Below are positions 29,806-39,746 of a stretch of DNA of 64,000 bases, piece after piece. A program made the translations under genes and the position numbers. Each line of letters starts with the position of its first letter. The stretch's first letter is position 1. The stretch comes from Acidobacteriota bacterium (GTDB lineage: Bacteria > Acidobacteriota > Thermoanaerobaculia > Gp7-AA8). The DNA lies in assembly GCA_019244185.1 (NCBI GenBank), contig JAFATB010000006.1, forward strand, positions 448,001-512,000, read 5' to 3'. Under the pieces are notes generated by a model. The model was given only the letters and a program-made list of their open reading frames with translations, was not told the origin of the DNA and ran no database searches.

Positions 29806-29878
29806 GGTGGAGGTAGAGGGAATCGAACCCTCGGCCAGGGGTCCAAAGTCCGTAGCCGGGAAACCATCCACTACCCCC
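29806..29878 (-). tRNA. tRNA-like RNA with Ala-type acceptor (G3:U70, A73) and TTG loop
   Basis: Acceptor GGGGGTA/TACCTCC-A-CC, T-arm GAGGG(TTCGATT)CCCTC, 3-bp D-stem, irregular long anticodon arm with loop CTTTGGA. Confidence 0.6.
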
Positions 29879-29899
29879 ACGTTAGGGTTATCTGGCGCC

Positions 29900-30472
29900 T
29901 CACTCGTTAGCAGCGGGTGAGGCGTTTTCTTCTTCGTGCTCTTCATCATCATTGGCGGGGTCGTTGACTGCGCTAACGACTTCCGCTGCACCGCCCGCGG
30001 CACGCTTCTTCGTGCCCTTGCCACGCTTCAGGTGCGGGTAGAACTCGACCAAGCCGTAGTGTTCGTCAGGAAGTACCGCGACCTCGTACGTTGATCGCGC
30101 CATACGGACCTTCAGTTCACTCTCGTTGTCCACCTTGCAACCACCGCGACGAATGGCTTCCACAATCTCGCGGAACGGGCGCGCTTGCCCCCGTCGCTTC
30201 AGGTATCGCTTGGCGGCGTCGAGCCCGTCGAGGCCGTAATACTCGTCGGGCCGGATCGAGTAGCCTGACGCCCCGCTATCGGCAGTCGGCGCGTCCAAAC
30301 CGAAGAGTTGCGCGAGCGTACTCTTCGGTTGACCGACGATCTCCTCCAGTGCGTTAAGACCCTGCTGAAGCCGGAGCACTTCTGCCATGCTGGGGTCGGC
30401 TTTCATAGCCATAACTTTCTCGTCGATCTTCCTCTTTAGCTCCTCAGCGGCAGCCAAAATTGCATCACTCAT
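29900..30472 (-). CDS. Coiled-coil + winged-helix (HARE-HTH / RNAP delta-like) protein with Lys tract and acidic tail
   Basis: AAKRYLKRRGQARPFREIVEAI...HYGLVEFYP, then KRGKGTKKR, then DDEEHEEE. SD GAGGA. Confidence 0.75.
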   Translation of the reverse strand: MSDAILAAAEELKRKIDEKVMAMKADPSMAEVLRLQQGLNALEEIVGQPKSTLAQLFGLDAPTADSGASGYSIRPDEYYGLDGLDAAKRYLKRRGQARPFREIVEAIRRGGCKVDNESELKVRMARSTYEVAVLPDEHYGLVEFYPHLKRGKGTKKRAAGGAAEVVSAVNDPANDDEEHEEENASPAANE

Positions 30473-30491
30473 TTGATGTTCCTCATGTCAG

Positions 30492-30526
30492 AACCCAAAT
30501 GTAGGCTCGCGATTTTGGGTTGTCAA
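30492..30526 (-). promoter_or_regulatory. Promoter TTGACA-N17-TACATT overlapped by inverted repeat AACCCAAAT...ATTTTGGGTT
   Basis: -35 at 30526-30521, -10 at 30503-30498. Confidence 0.7.
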
Positions 30527-30637
30527 TATCCGATCTCAAACAAAACTTCGCAAGTTTGAGGCGATTGTCGCGAGAGGAATCATGCGAGGAGGGCGTATTT
30601 AGGACGCTGCCGGATAGTTTATTGCAGTTTAGTTTTC

Positions 30638-30803
30638 CAGACGAGCGCGGTGTACTCGCCCGATGACCGCAAGACATGACAAGCGGCTGAAATTGGCCGC
30701 GCGCTGAAGTCGCGCTGACGGAGGCATTTGCGACTTCGTTTCTGCGAAGTTCAGGCGCTTGTCATTTCTTGCGGTCATCGGGCGAGTACACCGCGCCTGT
30801 CTG
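30638..30803. repeat. Long inverted repeat (60-bp arms, 46-bp spacer with an inner hairpin)
   Basis: 30638-30697 versus the reverse complement of 30744-30803: 54/60 identical. Inner GAAGTCGC/GCGACTTC stem. Confidence 0.9.
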
Positions 30804-30821
30804 AAGGTGTTTTGACGAGTG

Positions 30822-31088
30822 TTATTTCCGACGCTTTTGCCAACGGGCGGTAGCGGCTTTCTTTGCAATCTCGGAGCGTTTTTTCGCGCTCAACGCAACG
30901 GCCCGAGCCGGCCCGCCGATCCTCCCGCCGATACGCCCGAACGCGGCGGCGGCAGCCCGCATCTCGTCCGTGATCTCGACCGGCGGCTCTTCCTCGGATT
31001 TCTCCGCGATCGTCTCCATGATACGGACGGCAGCCTGCGCCTCATCCTCGCGCTTCTTCCTCGGCTTCGTCCTTGACCCCTTAGGCAT
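30822..31088 (-). CDS. Small basic protein of the type often found beside IS1-family transposases (KGG/'histone H1'-like)
   Basis: AAAAFGRIGGRIGGPARA..LS..KRSEIAKKAA.ARW. Confidence 0.8.
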   Translation of the reverse strand: MPKGSRTKPRKKREDEAQAAVRIMETIAEKSEEEPPVEITDEMRAAAAAFGRIGGRIGGPARAVALSAKKRSEIAKKAATARWQKRRK

Positions 31089-31106
31089 AACCTAAGTATA
31101 GGTTCA

Positions 31107-31337
31107 CTACCCGAGCTTGTCGAACGGCCGGAACAACTCCGACGGCGGAACGTCGAGCGCATCCGCCAGCTTGAGGATGTTGTCGAGACAAGGGTTCCGG
31201 TAGCCGCGCTCCACATCACTCACGTAGTTGCGATTCAGTCCGGCGAGTTCCGCGAGCCGCGTCTGTGAGAGTGAACGCTTCGCGCGCAGCTCGCGCAGGT
31301 GCGCGGCGAACCTCTCTCGCGGCGAAGCGGCGATCAT
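31107..31337 (-). CDS. XRE-family HTH regulator (controller-protein-like)
   Basis: LRELR..RSLSQ..LAELAGLNRNYVSDVERG.RNP.L.NI.KLA.AL. Confidence 0.9.
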   Translation of the reverse strand: MIAASPRERFAAHLRELRAKRSLSQTRLAELAGLNRNYVSDVERGYRNPCLDNILKLADALDVPPSELFRPFDKLG

Positions 31338-31402
31338 GCTTTGAGTGTGACGCTTTCGCGCGCTTAACCAACCAGCTATGAGTGTCACATGCTATGCGTG
31401 TT

Positions 31403-31645
31403 ATGGCGCGACGACGAAAGCTCTCCCGTCTCGGTCAGTTTCTGGCCACGAATGGCATCGTCCCGAACGAACTCGCCGATTCCTCAGGCATCAGCAGACA
31501 GCATCTGTGCCGCCTCCGTTATGGCCGCGCCGAGCCGACGCGACCGACGATGATCTGGTTGACGATTGCTTGCCGTCGCCTCCTCGGCGGACGACGACGC
31601 GTTCGGATCACGGAGTTGTTTGACCTCGGCGATGGTCAGCAATGA
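31403..31645 (+). CDS. Cro-like HTH protein
   Basis: ELADSSGISRQHLCRLRYGRAEPT...ELFDL. Confidence 0.75.
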   Translation: MARRRKLSRLGQFLATNGIVPNELADSSGISRQHLCRLRYGRAEPTRPTMIWLTIACRRLLGGRRRVRITELFDLGDGQQ

Positions 31646-31908
31646 AGCGGCGGCGCGCCTACGACACGCCGCTCGGCCACTTCATGCAGGCGCATCGAAT
31701 CGGAACCGCCACGCTCGCCCGAATCGCTGGCATCAGCAGCAGCCACCTTCGCGACCTTCAACGCGGCGGCTCGGAGCCGACGCGGCTCGTGATGATCTGG
31801 CTCGCTGAAGCCGTGTCATATGAGGTCGGTTGGAAGGTCGAAGTCGCCGAGCTGTTCGACCTCATCTTCCACTTCGACCGACGCAGGTTGGTGAGGTGGA
31901 GCCGGTGA
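31642..31908 (+). CDS. Cro-like HTH protein, paralog of the preceding gene
   Basis: LARIAGISSSHLRDLQRGGSEPTR..MIWL...ELFDL. ATGA overlap. Confidence 0.75.
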   Translation: MKRRRAYDTPLGHFMQAHRIGTATLARIAGISSSHLRDLQRGGSEPTRLVMIWLAEAVSYEVGWKVEVAELFDLIFHFDRRRLVRWSR

Positions 31909-32174
31909 TCTCATTCGTAGCCGTCTACGTAGAACGAGACGAAGGGATCGTTGCCTACATCGAGGAACTGCCGGGCGTCGAGGCTACCGGCCTGACGGTC
32001 GAGGAGGCGCGGCGGAACCTGAGATCGGCTCTGGAACTGGTGATCGCGGCGAACCGCCGCTGGACGTGGGAGGCATTCCGCAGAGCACGCATGATGCATC
32101 GGGAAACGCTGTTGCTACCCGGCGATCTCCGGCCTTACCCGGCCAACACTGTTACAACTGCGCGCTCAAACTAG
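31905..32174 (+). CDS. HicB-like antitoxin N-terminal domain protein
   Basis: AYIEELPGVEATG.T.EEARRNL..AL. Stop codon lies inside the right TIR. Confidence 0.8.
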   Translation: MISFVAVYVERDEGIVAYIEELPGVEATGLTVEEARRNLRSALELVIAANRRWTWEAFRRARMMHRETLLLPGDLRPYPANTVTTARSN

Positions 32175-32213
32175 ACCACCACCATACTTCCGCCTGTTTC
32201 GCCAGATTTACGC

Positions 32214-32242
32214 TTGACTTTCGCCCTGTTACCGCCTACATT
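32214..32242 (+). promoter_or_regulatory. lexA promoter TTGACT-N17-TACATT
   Basis: Hexamers read directly. SD GAGGA precedes ATG 32261. Confidence 0.7.
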
Positions 32243-32260
32243 GCGTAGTGCGAGGACGGA

Positions 32261-32902
32261 ATGCGATATCTCACGGAACGGCAGCGGGACATCCTGAACT
32301 TCATCCGCGATTTCCAGAAAGAACGCGGAGTCGCGCCCACCCATCGCGAGATTTGCGACCACTTCGGCTTCTCCTCCTACGGCACGGTCTACAAGCATCT
32401 CTCGCTCCTGCAGAAGAAGGGGCTCATCCGCCGCGACTGGAACCAGAAGCGCGGCGTGGAGCTCGTCGAGCAGGAGCCCGCGGCGCAGGAAGCGCCGCGT
32501 GGCGCGCGCGATGCCGAACGCGAAGGCGTCCGCGAGTTGCCGCTCTTCGGCTACATCGCTGCCGGTCGTCCACTGGCGGTGGAGATCTCGGACGAGACCA
32601 TTCCGGTGCCGCTCCATCTCACCTCGCGCGGCGACAACTACGTGCTGAAGGTGCGCGGCGACTCGATGATCGACGACGGCATCCTCGACGGGGACTTCGT
32701 GATCATCGCCCGGCGCGAGCGCGCCGACAACGGCGAGATGGTTGTCGCGAACGTGAATGGAGAAGTGACGCTCAAACGGCTCTACCAAGAGGGAGATCGC
32801 GTCCGGCTGCAGCCCGCGAACTCGATGATGTCTCCGATCTTTGCCTCTGCTCGTGACGTCGCGGTGCAGGGAGTGGTGGTCGGTCTTATGAGGCGGTTCT
32901 GA
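32261..32902 (+). CDS. lexA: SOS repressor LexA
   Basis: LTERQ..IL, PT.REI, IAAG.P cleavage site, GDSM (catalytic Ser), TLKR (catalytic Lys). Confidence 0.96.
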   Translation: MRYLTERQRDILNFIRDFQKERGVAPTHREICDHFGFSSYGTVYKHLSLLQKKGLIRRDWNQKRGVELVEQEPAAQEAPRGARDAEREGVRELPLFGYIAAGRPLAVEISDETIPVPLHLTSRGDNYVLKVRGDSMIDDGILDGDFVIIARRERADNGEMVVANVNGEVTLKRLYQEGDRVRLQPANSMMSPIFASARDVAVQGVVVGLMRRF

Positions 32903-32931
32903 TCGCAGTGACGAACAGAGGTGAGGAAACC

Positions 32932-33357
32932 ATGGATCTGGTGCTGAAACTTCGGGAAATCCGACGGCTTCGCGGGCTGAGCCAGAAAGACGTCGCCCGC
33001 CTCTCCGGCGTCGGAGAGAAGACCATCAGCTCGTTCGAGACGGGGCAGCGCATCGGCTCCCTCAAGCTCGATCAGCTGCAGAAAATGCTCGCCGTCTACG
33101 GCATGACGGAAGCGGAGTTTTTCGGCGGCAGCGTCGAACGGCAGATCGCGCCGTGGGAGCTGGACGAAGACGAATGCGCGGCACAGCGCGTCTTCGACCA
33201 CCTGCGCACGCTGCCGAAGCCCGTGCAGAAAGCGCTCGTGGCCAAGTTCCAGCTGATGCTGGAGACCGCGGCGGAGGTCAACCACACCATTCAGGAAAAG
33301 CGGCCGTCGTACGTCCGCGACAACCCTGACTGGAACATGTTGAACTCCCGAAACTGA
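32932..33357 (+). CDS. XRE-family HTH regulator
   Basis: LREIRRLRGLSQKDVA..SGV...TISSFETG. SD GAGG. Confidence 0.85.
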   Translation: MDLVLKLREIRRLRGLSQKDVARLSGVGEKTISSFETGQRIGSLKLDQLQKMLAVYGMTEAEFFGGSVERQIAPWELDEDECAAQRVFDHLRTLPKPVQKALVAKFQLMLETAAEVNHTIQEKRPSYVRDNPDWNMLNSRN

Positions 33358-33562
33358 CCGGCTCCCCGAGACCGCCGGCTCCTGCGCGAAGCGCGACGGA
33401 AGCGTGCAAACGCGGGAGCCGGCGGCGGTGAGGGGACGAGCGCGGGTTGAAATTTACGTCTGGTGGGTGGCGCGCGTCGGAAGCACGCGCCACCCGCCGG
33501 CCGGGGCGGGCGGAGGGCTCATCACACTCACGCGTGTGCGCCGCACGTTTAGACCCGCTACA

Positions 33563-34100
33563 ACATCTGCGCGAACGCCCGCCCGTGACTCCGCCGCGCA
33601 TGGCCCCGCCGGTCTTACGCGCCACTATCCGCGCCTGCGCCGCGTCGAGCGACGCATGCTTCAACGTAGGCGCTTCACGCGTGGCGCGAGCGTACGCAGC
33701 AACCAGACACGCTCGCGACGCAACGCAGGCCTCGCCGCCGAAGCACAACGTGCGCTTACACGCAACGCGGACACGCTACATCGCACGAGCGAACGCTCAT
33801 CACTCCGCCGCGCACGCGTTCCGCCGGTCTCGGGCGACAGCATCCGCGCGACCGCCGCGCCGAGCGGCGCATGCTCCAACGTAGGCGCTTTGCGCGCGGC
33901 GCGGGCGCACGCCACAACCATGCACGCCCGCGACGCAACGCAGGTTTCGCCGCCGAAGCACGACGCGCGATTGCCAGCAAAGCGGGCTTGACGCATCGCG
34001 CGAGCGAACGCACATCACTCCGCCATGCATGCGCGCCTGCGACCTCGCGTTACAGCATGCGCGCGAGCGCCGCGTCGAGCGACGCGTGTTCGAACGCAAA
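33563..34100. repeat. Degenerate tandem repeat, about 214-215 bp period, 2.5 copies
   Basis: ACTCCGCC anchors at 33588, 33802 and 34017. The last copy overlaps the 3' end of the TIGR01777 gene. Confidence 0.75.
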
Positions 34101-34943
34101 CCCTTCGCGCAACGCATGCGCCGGGAGCACGCGCTGTCCCGCGAGCAGCGCCTCGTCCGCCATCTGGCCGAATGCGAGTCGCAGCGCGAACGCCGGCGTG
34201 GGCACGAGGGCGGGGCGGTGGAGCGCCCGTCCGAGTGCGCGCGCGAAGTCGCGATTGCGCACCGGCTCCGACGCGGTCGCGTTGTAGACGCCGCGCGCCA
34301 CCGGCGTATCGACTGCCCAGACGATCAGCCGCACGGCGTCGTCGCGGTCGACCCACGACATCCACTGGTTGCCGCTGCCGATCGGACCTCCGGCGCCGAG
34401 CTTGAACGGGATCAGCAGCTTCTGCAGCGCGCCACCGTCGGGGGCGAGCACCACGCCGAAGCGCACGAGCACGACGCGCGCGAGCGGCTCGGCCTCGCGC
34501 GCGGCCGCTTCCCATTGCTCGACGAGCTGCGCGAGAAAGCCGTCGCCGCGCGAGGCGCGCTCATCGAGCTCCTCGTCCCCGCGGTCGCCGTAGAAGCCGA
34601 TTGCCGATGCGTTCACGTACACGCGCGAACGCTGCGGCGCGCGGCGCAGCGCCTCCACCAGCGCGCGCGTCGCATCGAGCCGGCTCGCGACGAGACGGCG
34701 TTTGCGCTCGTCCGTCCACCGTCCATCCGCGATGTTCTCGCCGGCGAGGTTGATCACCGCATCCGCCGTTGCGACTTCGTCCGCCCACCCGCCCTGCGTC
34801 TTGCCGTCCCACGCGACGCCGCGGCCGGCGCGGACCTTCGCCGGGTTGCGCGACAACACCGCGACGTCGTCGCCGCGCGCGAGCAGCCGCCGCACGAGCG
34901 GTTCGCCGATGAAACCGGAGCCGCCCGCGATCGCGATCTTCAT
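34050..34943 (-). CDS. TIGR01777/YfcH-like NAD-dependent epimerase (SDR)
   Basis: GGSGFIG, VINLAGE, SAIGFYG, G.G.QWMSW. Confidence 0.93.
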   Translation of the reverse strand: MKIAIAGGSGFIGEPLVRRLLARGDDVAVLSRNPAKVRAGRGVAWDGKTQGGWADEVATADAVINLAGENIADGRWTDERKRRLVASRLDATRALVEALRRAPQRSRVYVNASAIGFYGDRGDEELDERASRGDGFLAQLVEQWEAAAREAEPLARVVLVRFGVVLAPDGGALQKLLIPFKLGAGGPIGSGNQWMSWVDRDDAVRLIVWAVDTPVARGVYNATASEPVRNRDFARALGRALHRPALVPTPAFALRLAFGQMADEALLAGQRVLPAHALREGFAFEHASLDAALARML

Positions 34944-35015
34944 GTCCGCGAGTCTAGAGACGCCCGCGCGGCACGTCCATGGGCGAAACGCTGAAGCCTT
35001 CGCGCCATTCGCCCC

Positions 35016-35051
35016 AAAACGCAACCGCCGGCCCGTCGGCCGGCGGTTGCG
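35016..35051 (-). terminator. Intrinsic terminator
   Basis: 14-bp stem CGCAACCGCCGGCC/GGCCGGCGGTTGCG followed by TTTT on the minus strand. Confidence 0.75.
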
Positions 35052-35126
35052 CTTCGTTCAGGAGGGAGAGAGAAGTTAGGAGACTCGGGGGTTCGTATCG
35101 TCCAGTTACGTGCCCTTCACCGAGTC
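35016..35126 (-). ncRNA. Candidate sRNA with an anti-SD tract
   Basis: ECF-like promoter GAAAC-N16-CGTC (35152-35128), tract CTTCTCTCTCCCTCC, and a terminator. Confidence 0.4.
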
Positions 35127-35153
35127 AGACGCGGGCGCCGCGAAAAGGTTTCG

Positions 35154-36173
35154 TCAGCCGACGCGCGAACGCACCGCCACGCGCCGCGGATCGCCAGGTT
35201 GACCTTTTTGTAACCCGGCGAACGCGATCATCCCCGCGTTGTCCGTGCAGTAGCGCTTCTCCGGCAGCCGCACCAGCAGGCCGCGCTCTTCGCCCCACTT
35301 CGCGATCCTCTCGCGCAGCACGCCGTTCGCGGCGACGCCGCCCGCCATCGCCAGCTCCGCAGGCTTCTTTCCTTCGAGCCGCGACCTTACCGCCTCGAGC
35401 CGGTCGAAGAGCTGCGCGAAGAGCGCATCCTGAAACGTCGCGCAGAACGACGCCAGCGCGTCTGGATCTCCCTCGACGCGAATTCCATGTTCTCGCGCGA
35501 GCCGGATCGCGCCGGCCTTGATCCCCGAGTACGAGAAATCGAGCGACTCGTCCTTGAACTGCGGCACCGGAAACGGGAACCGCTTCGGGTCCGCCGCGCC
35601 CGCGCGCGCGTGCTTTTCGATCTGCGGCCCGCCGGGATACGGCAGCCCCACGAACTTCGCCACCTTGTCGAACGTCTCGCCGATCGCGTCGTCGCGCGTG
35701 CGATTGATCTGCCGCACGTCGGAGCGGCGCACGTCGTAGATCGCGGAATGCCCGCCGGAAATCACGAGAGATAGAAAGCGGTCCGGCAGCGGAGCGGCGG
35801 GTCCTTCCTTCTGGAGGTAGGGGGAGTAGATGTGGCCCTCCAGATGGTTCACCGGCACGAGCGGAATGCCGAGACCGTAGGCGAGACCCTGCGCGCCGGC
35901 GACGCCGACGAGCAGCGCGCCGATGAGACCGGGCGCCGTCGTCACCGCGACCGACTCGAGGTCGGACCACGACGCGCCCGCATCGCCGAGCGCGCGCTCG
36001 ACCAGCGGAAAGAGATGCTGCAGGTGCTCGCGCGAGGCGATCTCCGGTACCACGCCGCCGAAGGGCTGATGCCGTTCGATCTGCGAGGCGATCAGGTTCA
36101 CGCGCACGCGGCCGTCGCGCTCGAGGAGAGCGACCGAGGTCTCATCGCAGGACGTTTCGATTCCGAGGATCAT
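35154..36173 (-). CDS. tsaD: tRNA N6-adenosine threonylcarbamoyltransferase
   Basis: LGIETSCDET, GGVVPEIASR.H, NHLEGH, SGGH, DDAIGE.FDK, TDNAGMIA. Confidence 0.97.
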   Translation of the reverse strand: MILGIETSCDETSVALLERDGRVRVNLIASQIERHQPFGGVVPEIASREHLQHLFPLVERALGDAGASWSDLESVAVTTAPGLIGALLVGVAGAQGLAYGLGIPLVPVNHLEGHIYSPYLQKEGPAAPLPDRFLSLVISGGHSAIYDVRRSDVRQINRTRDDAIGETFDKVAKFVGLPYPGGPQIEKHARAGAADPKRFPFPVPQFKDESLDFSYSGIKAGAIRLAREHGIRVEGDPDALASFCATFQDALFAQLFDRLEAVRSRLEGKKPAELAMAGGVAANGVLRERIAKWGEERGLLVRLPEKRYCTDNAGMIAFAGLQKGQPGDPRRVAVRSRVG

Positions 36174-36217
36174 CGCGTGTGGAACAACGACTCTATAATC
36201 CGCCACTCCATCGCATC

Positions 36218-38857
<2,640 letters not shown>

Positions 38858-38872
38858 AGCGCGAGTGAAGTC

Positions 38873-39643
38873 ATGATTCACCTCGACACGCGACGGATCG
38901 TCCCGCGCCTGAAGACCATCGAGTCGCTCGCGGTCATCCCGCGCGTGGCGTCGACGAATCTCATCGCGCGCCGCATCGTGAACGAGTGCATCGAGAACGA
39001 GCTCTCGCTGCCGCAGGCGATGATCATCGCGGGCGAGCAGTTCGCGGGTCGCGGGCGCAACGAGCGGCACTGGTCGTCTCCCGCGGGCAAAGGCATCTAC
39101 GCGACGACGCTCCTCTCGCGACCCGCGCGCGAGCTGGCGCTCGTGCCGCTGGCGATGGCGAACATCCTGGCCACGTTCCTGCGCGACACGTACGCGATCG
39201 ACGCCCGCATCAAGTGGCCGAACGACATCCTCGTGAACGGCAAGAAAATCGCCGGCATCCTCATCGAGGCGCGGCTGCAGGACGACCGCGTGTTCCTGCT
39301 CATCGGCACCGGCATCAACGTCGAGCCGGTGCACGACGACGAGCGGCCGAATGCGATCGCGATCAGCGAGGCGACGTCGCGGCCGTTCACCGGCATCAAC
39401 GACGCGACGCTCGCGTTCATCGAGCACATCGACGAGCGGCTCGCGCACGCGCTCGAGCACGACGAGGTGCTCGCGCAATGGCGCGCGCTGTCCGTCCACA
39501 AGCCGGGCGATCGCATCCACTGCGTGCTCGCGCAGCGCACCGTGACCGGGACATGGGCGGGCATCGACGAGGACGGGCGCGCGATGCTGCACACGCCGGA
39601 GGGGACGATCAAAGTCAGCGCCGGCGATCTCGTGCTGGCGTAG
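38873..39643 (+). CDS. birA: Biotin-protein ligase (no HTH)
   Basis: STN, Q.AGRGR..R.W.SP, KWPND, KKIAGILIE. Confidence 0.93.
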   Translation: MIHLDTRRIVPRLKTIESLAVIPRVASTNLIARRIVNECIENELSLPQAMIIAGEQFAGRGRNERHWSSPAGKGIYATTLLSRPARELALVPLAMANILATFLRDTYAIDARIKWPNDILVNGKKIAGILIEARLQDDRVFLLIGTGINVEPVHDDERPNAIAISEATSRPFTGINDATLAFIEHIDERLAHALEHDEVLAQWRALSVHKPGDRIHCVLAQRTVTGTWAGIDEDGRAMLHTPEGTIKVSAGDLVLA

Positions 39644-39646
39644 GAC

Positions 39647-39725
39647 GACCGGAAGCGCCTCCGGCGGGCCGGCGCGGCCGGCTGCGCTTAGGGCCTAGCC
39701 TATCCGCACGTGCGGTTGTCCTGAA
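39647..39725 (+). repeat. 79-bp intergenic element, copy 2 (upstream of coaX)
   Basis: 76/79 identical to 6038-6116. Confidence 0.9.
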
Positions 39726-39746
39726 TGACGGTAGACTTTTCGCCGC

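Larger units (their letters stand above)
28480..32183. mobile_element. IS1-family transposon with passenger genes (3,704 bp)
   Basis: 35-bp TIRs at 28480-28514 and 32149-32183 (31/35 identical, starting GGT). 8-bp direct repeat ATACTTCC at 28472-28479 and 32184-32191. IS1-type transposase inside. Confidence 0.95.

Noticed and set aside
29720-29878. tRNA fragments as integrase att sites
   Set aside because: Both have complete 5' and 3' acceptor halves, lie inside the TIRs, and no tyrosine or serine recombinase is present. Not fully excluded without the host tRNA set.
30638-30803. Retron msr-msd or DGR-type element
   Set aside because: No reverse transcriptase is present in the element or the window.
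31107-32902. Prophage immunity region (XRE, Cro, LexA/CI-like)
   Set aside because: No phage structural or integrase genes. The HTH genes lie inside the IS TIRs, and lexA is outside them with host-like codon usage.
33404-34117. Possible CRISPR array or protein-coding repeat
   Set aside because: Units are about 214 bp and similar along their whole length, with no unique spacers or cas genes. The ORFs are low-complexity.
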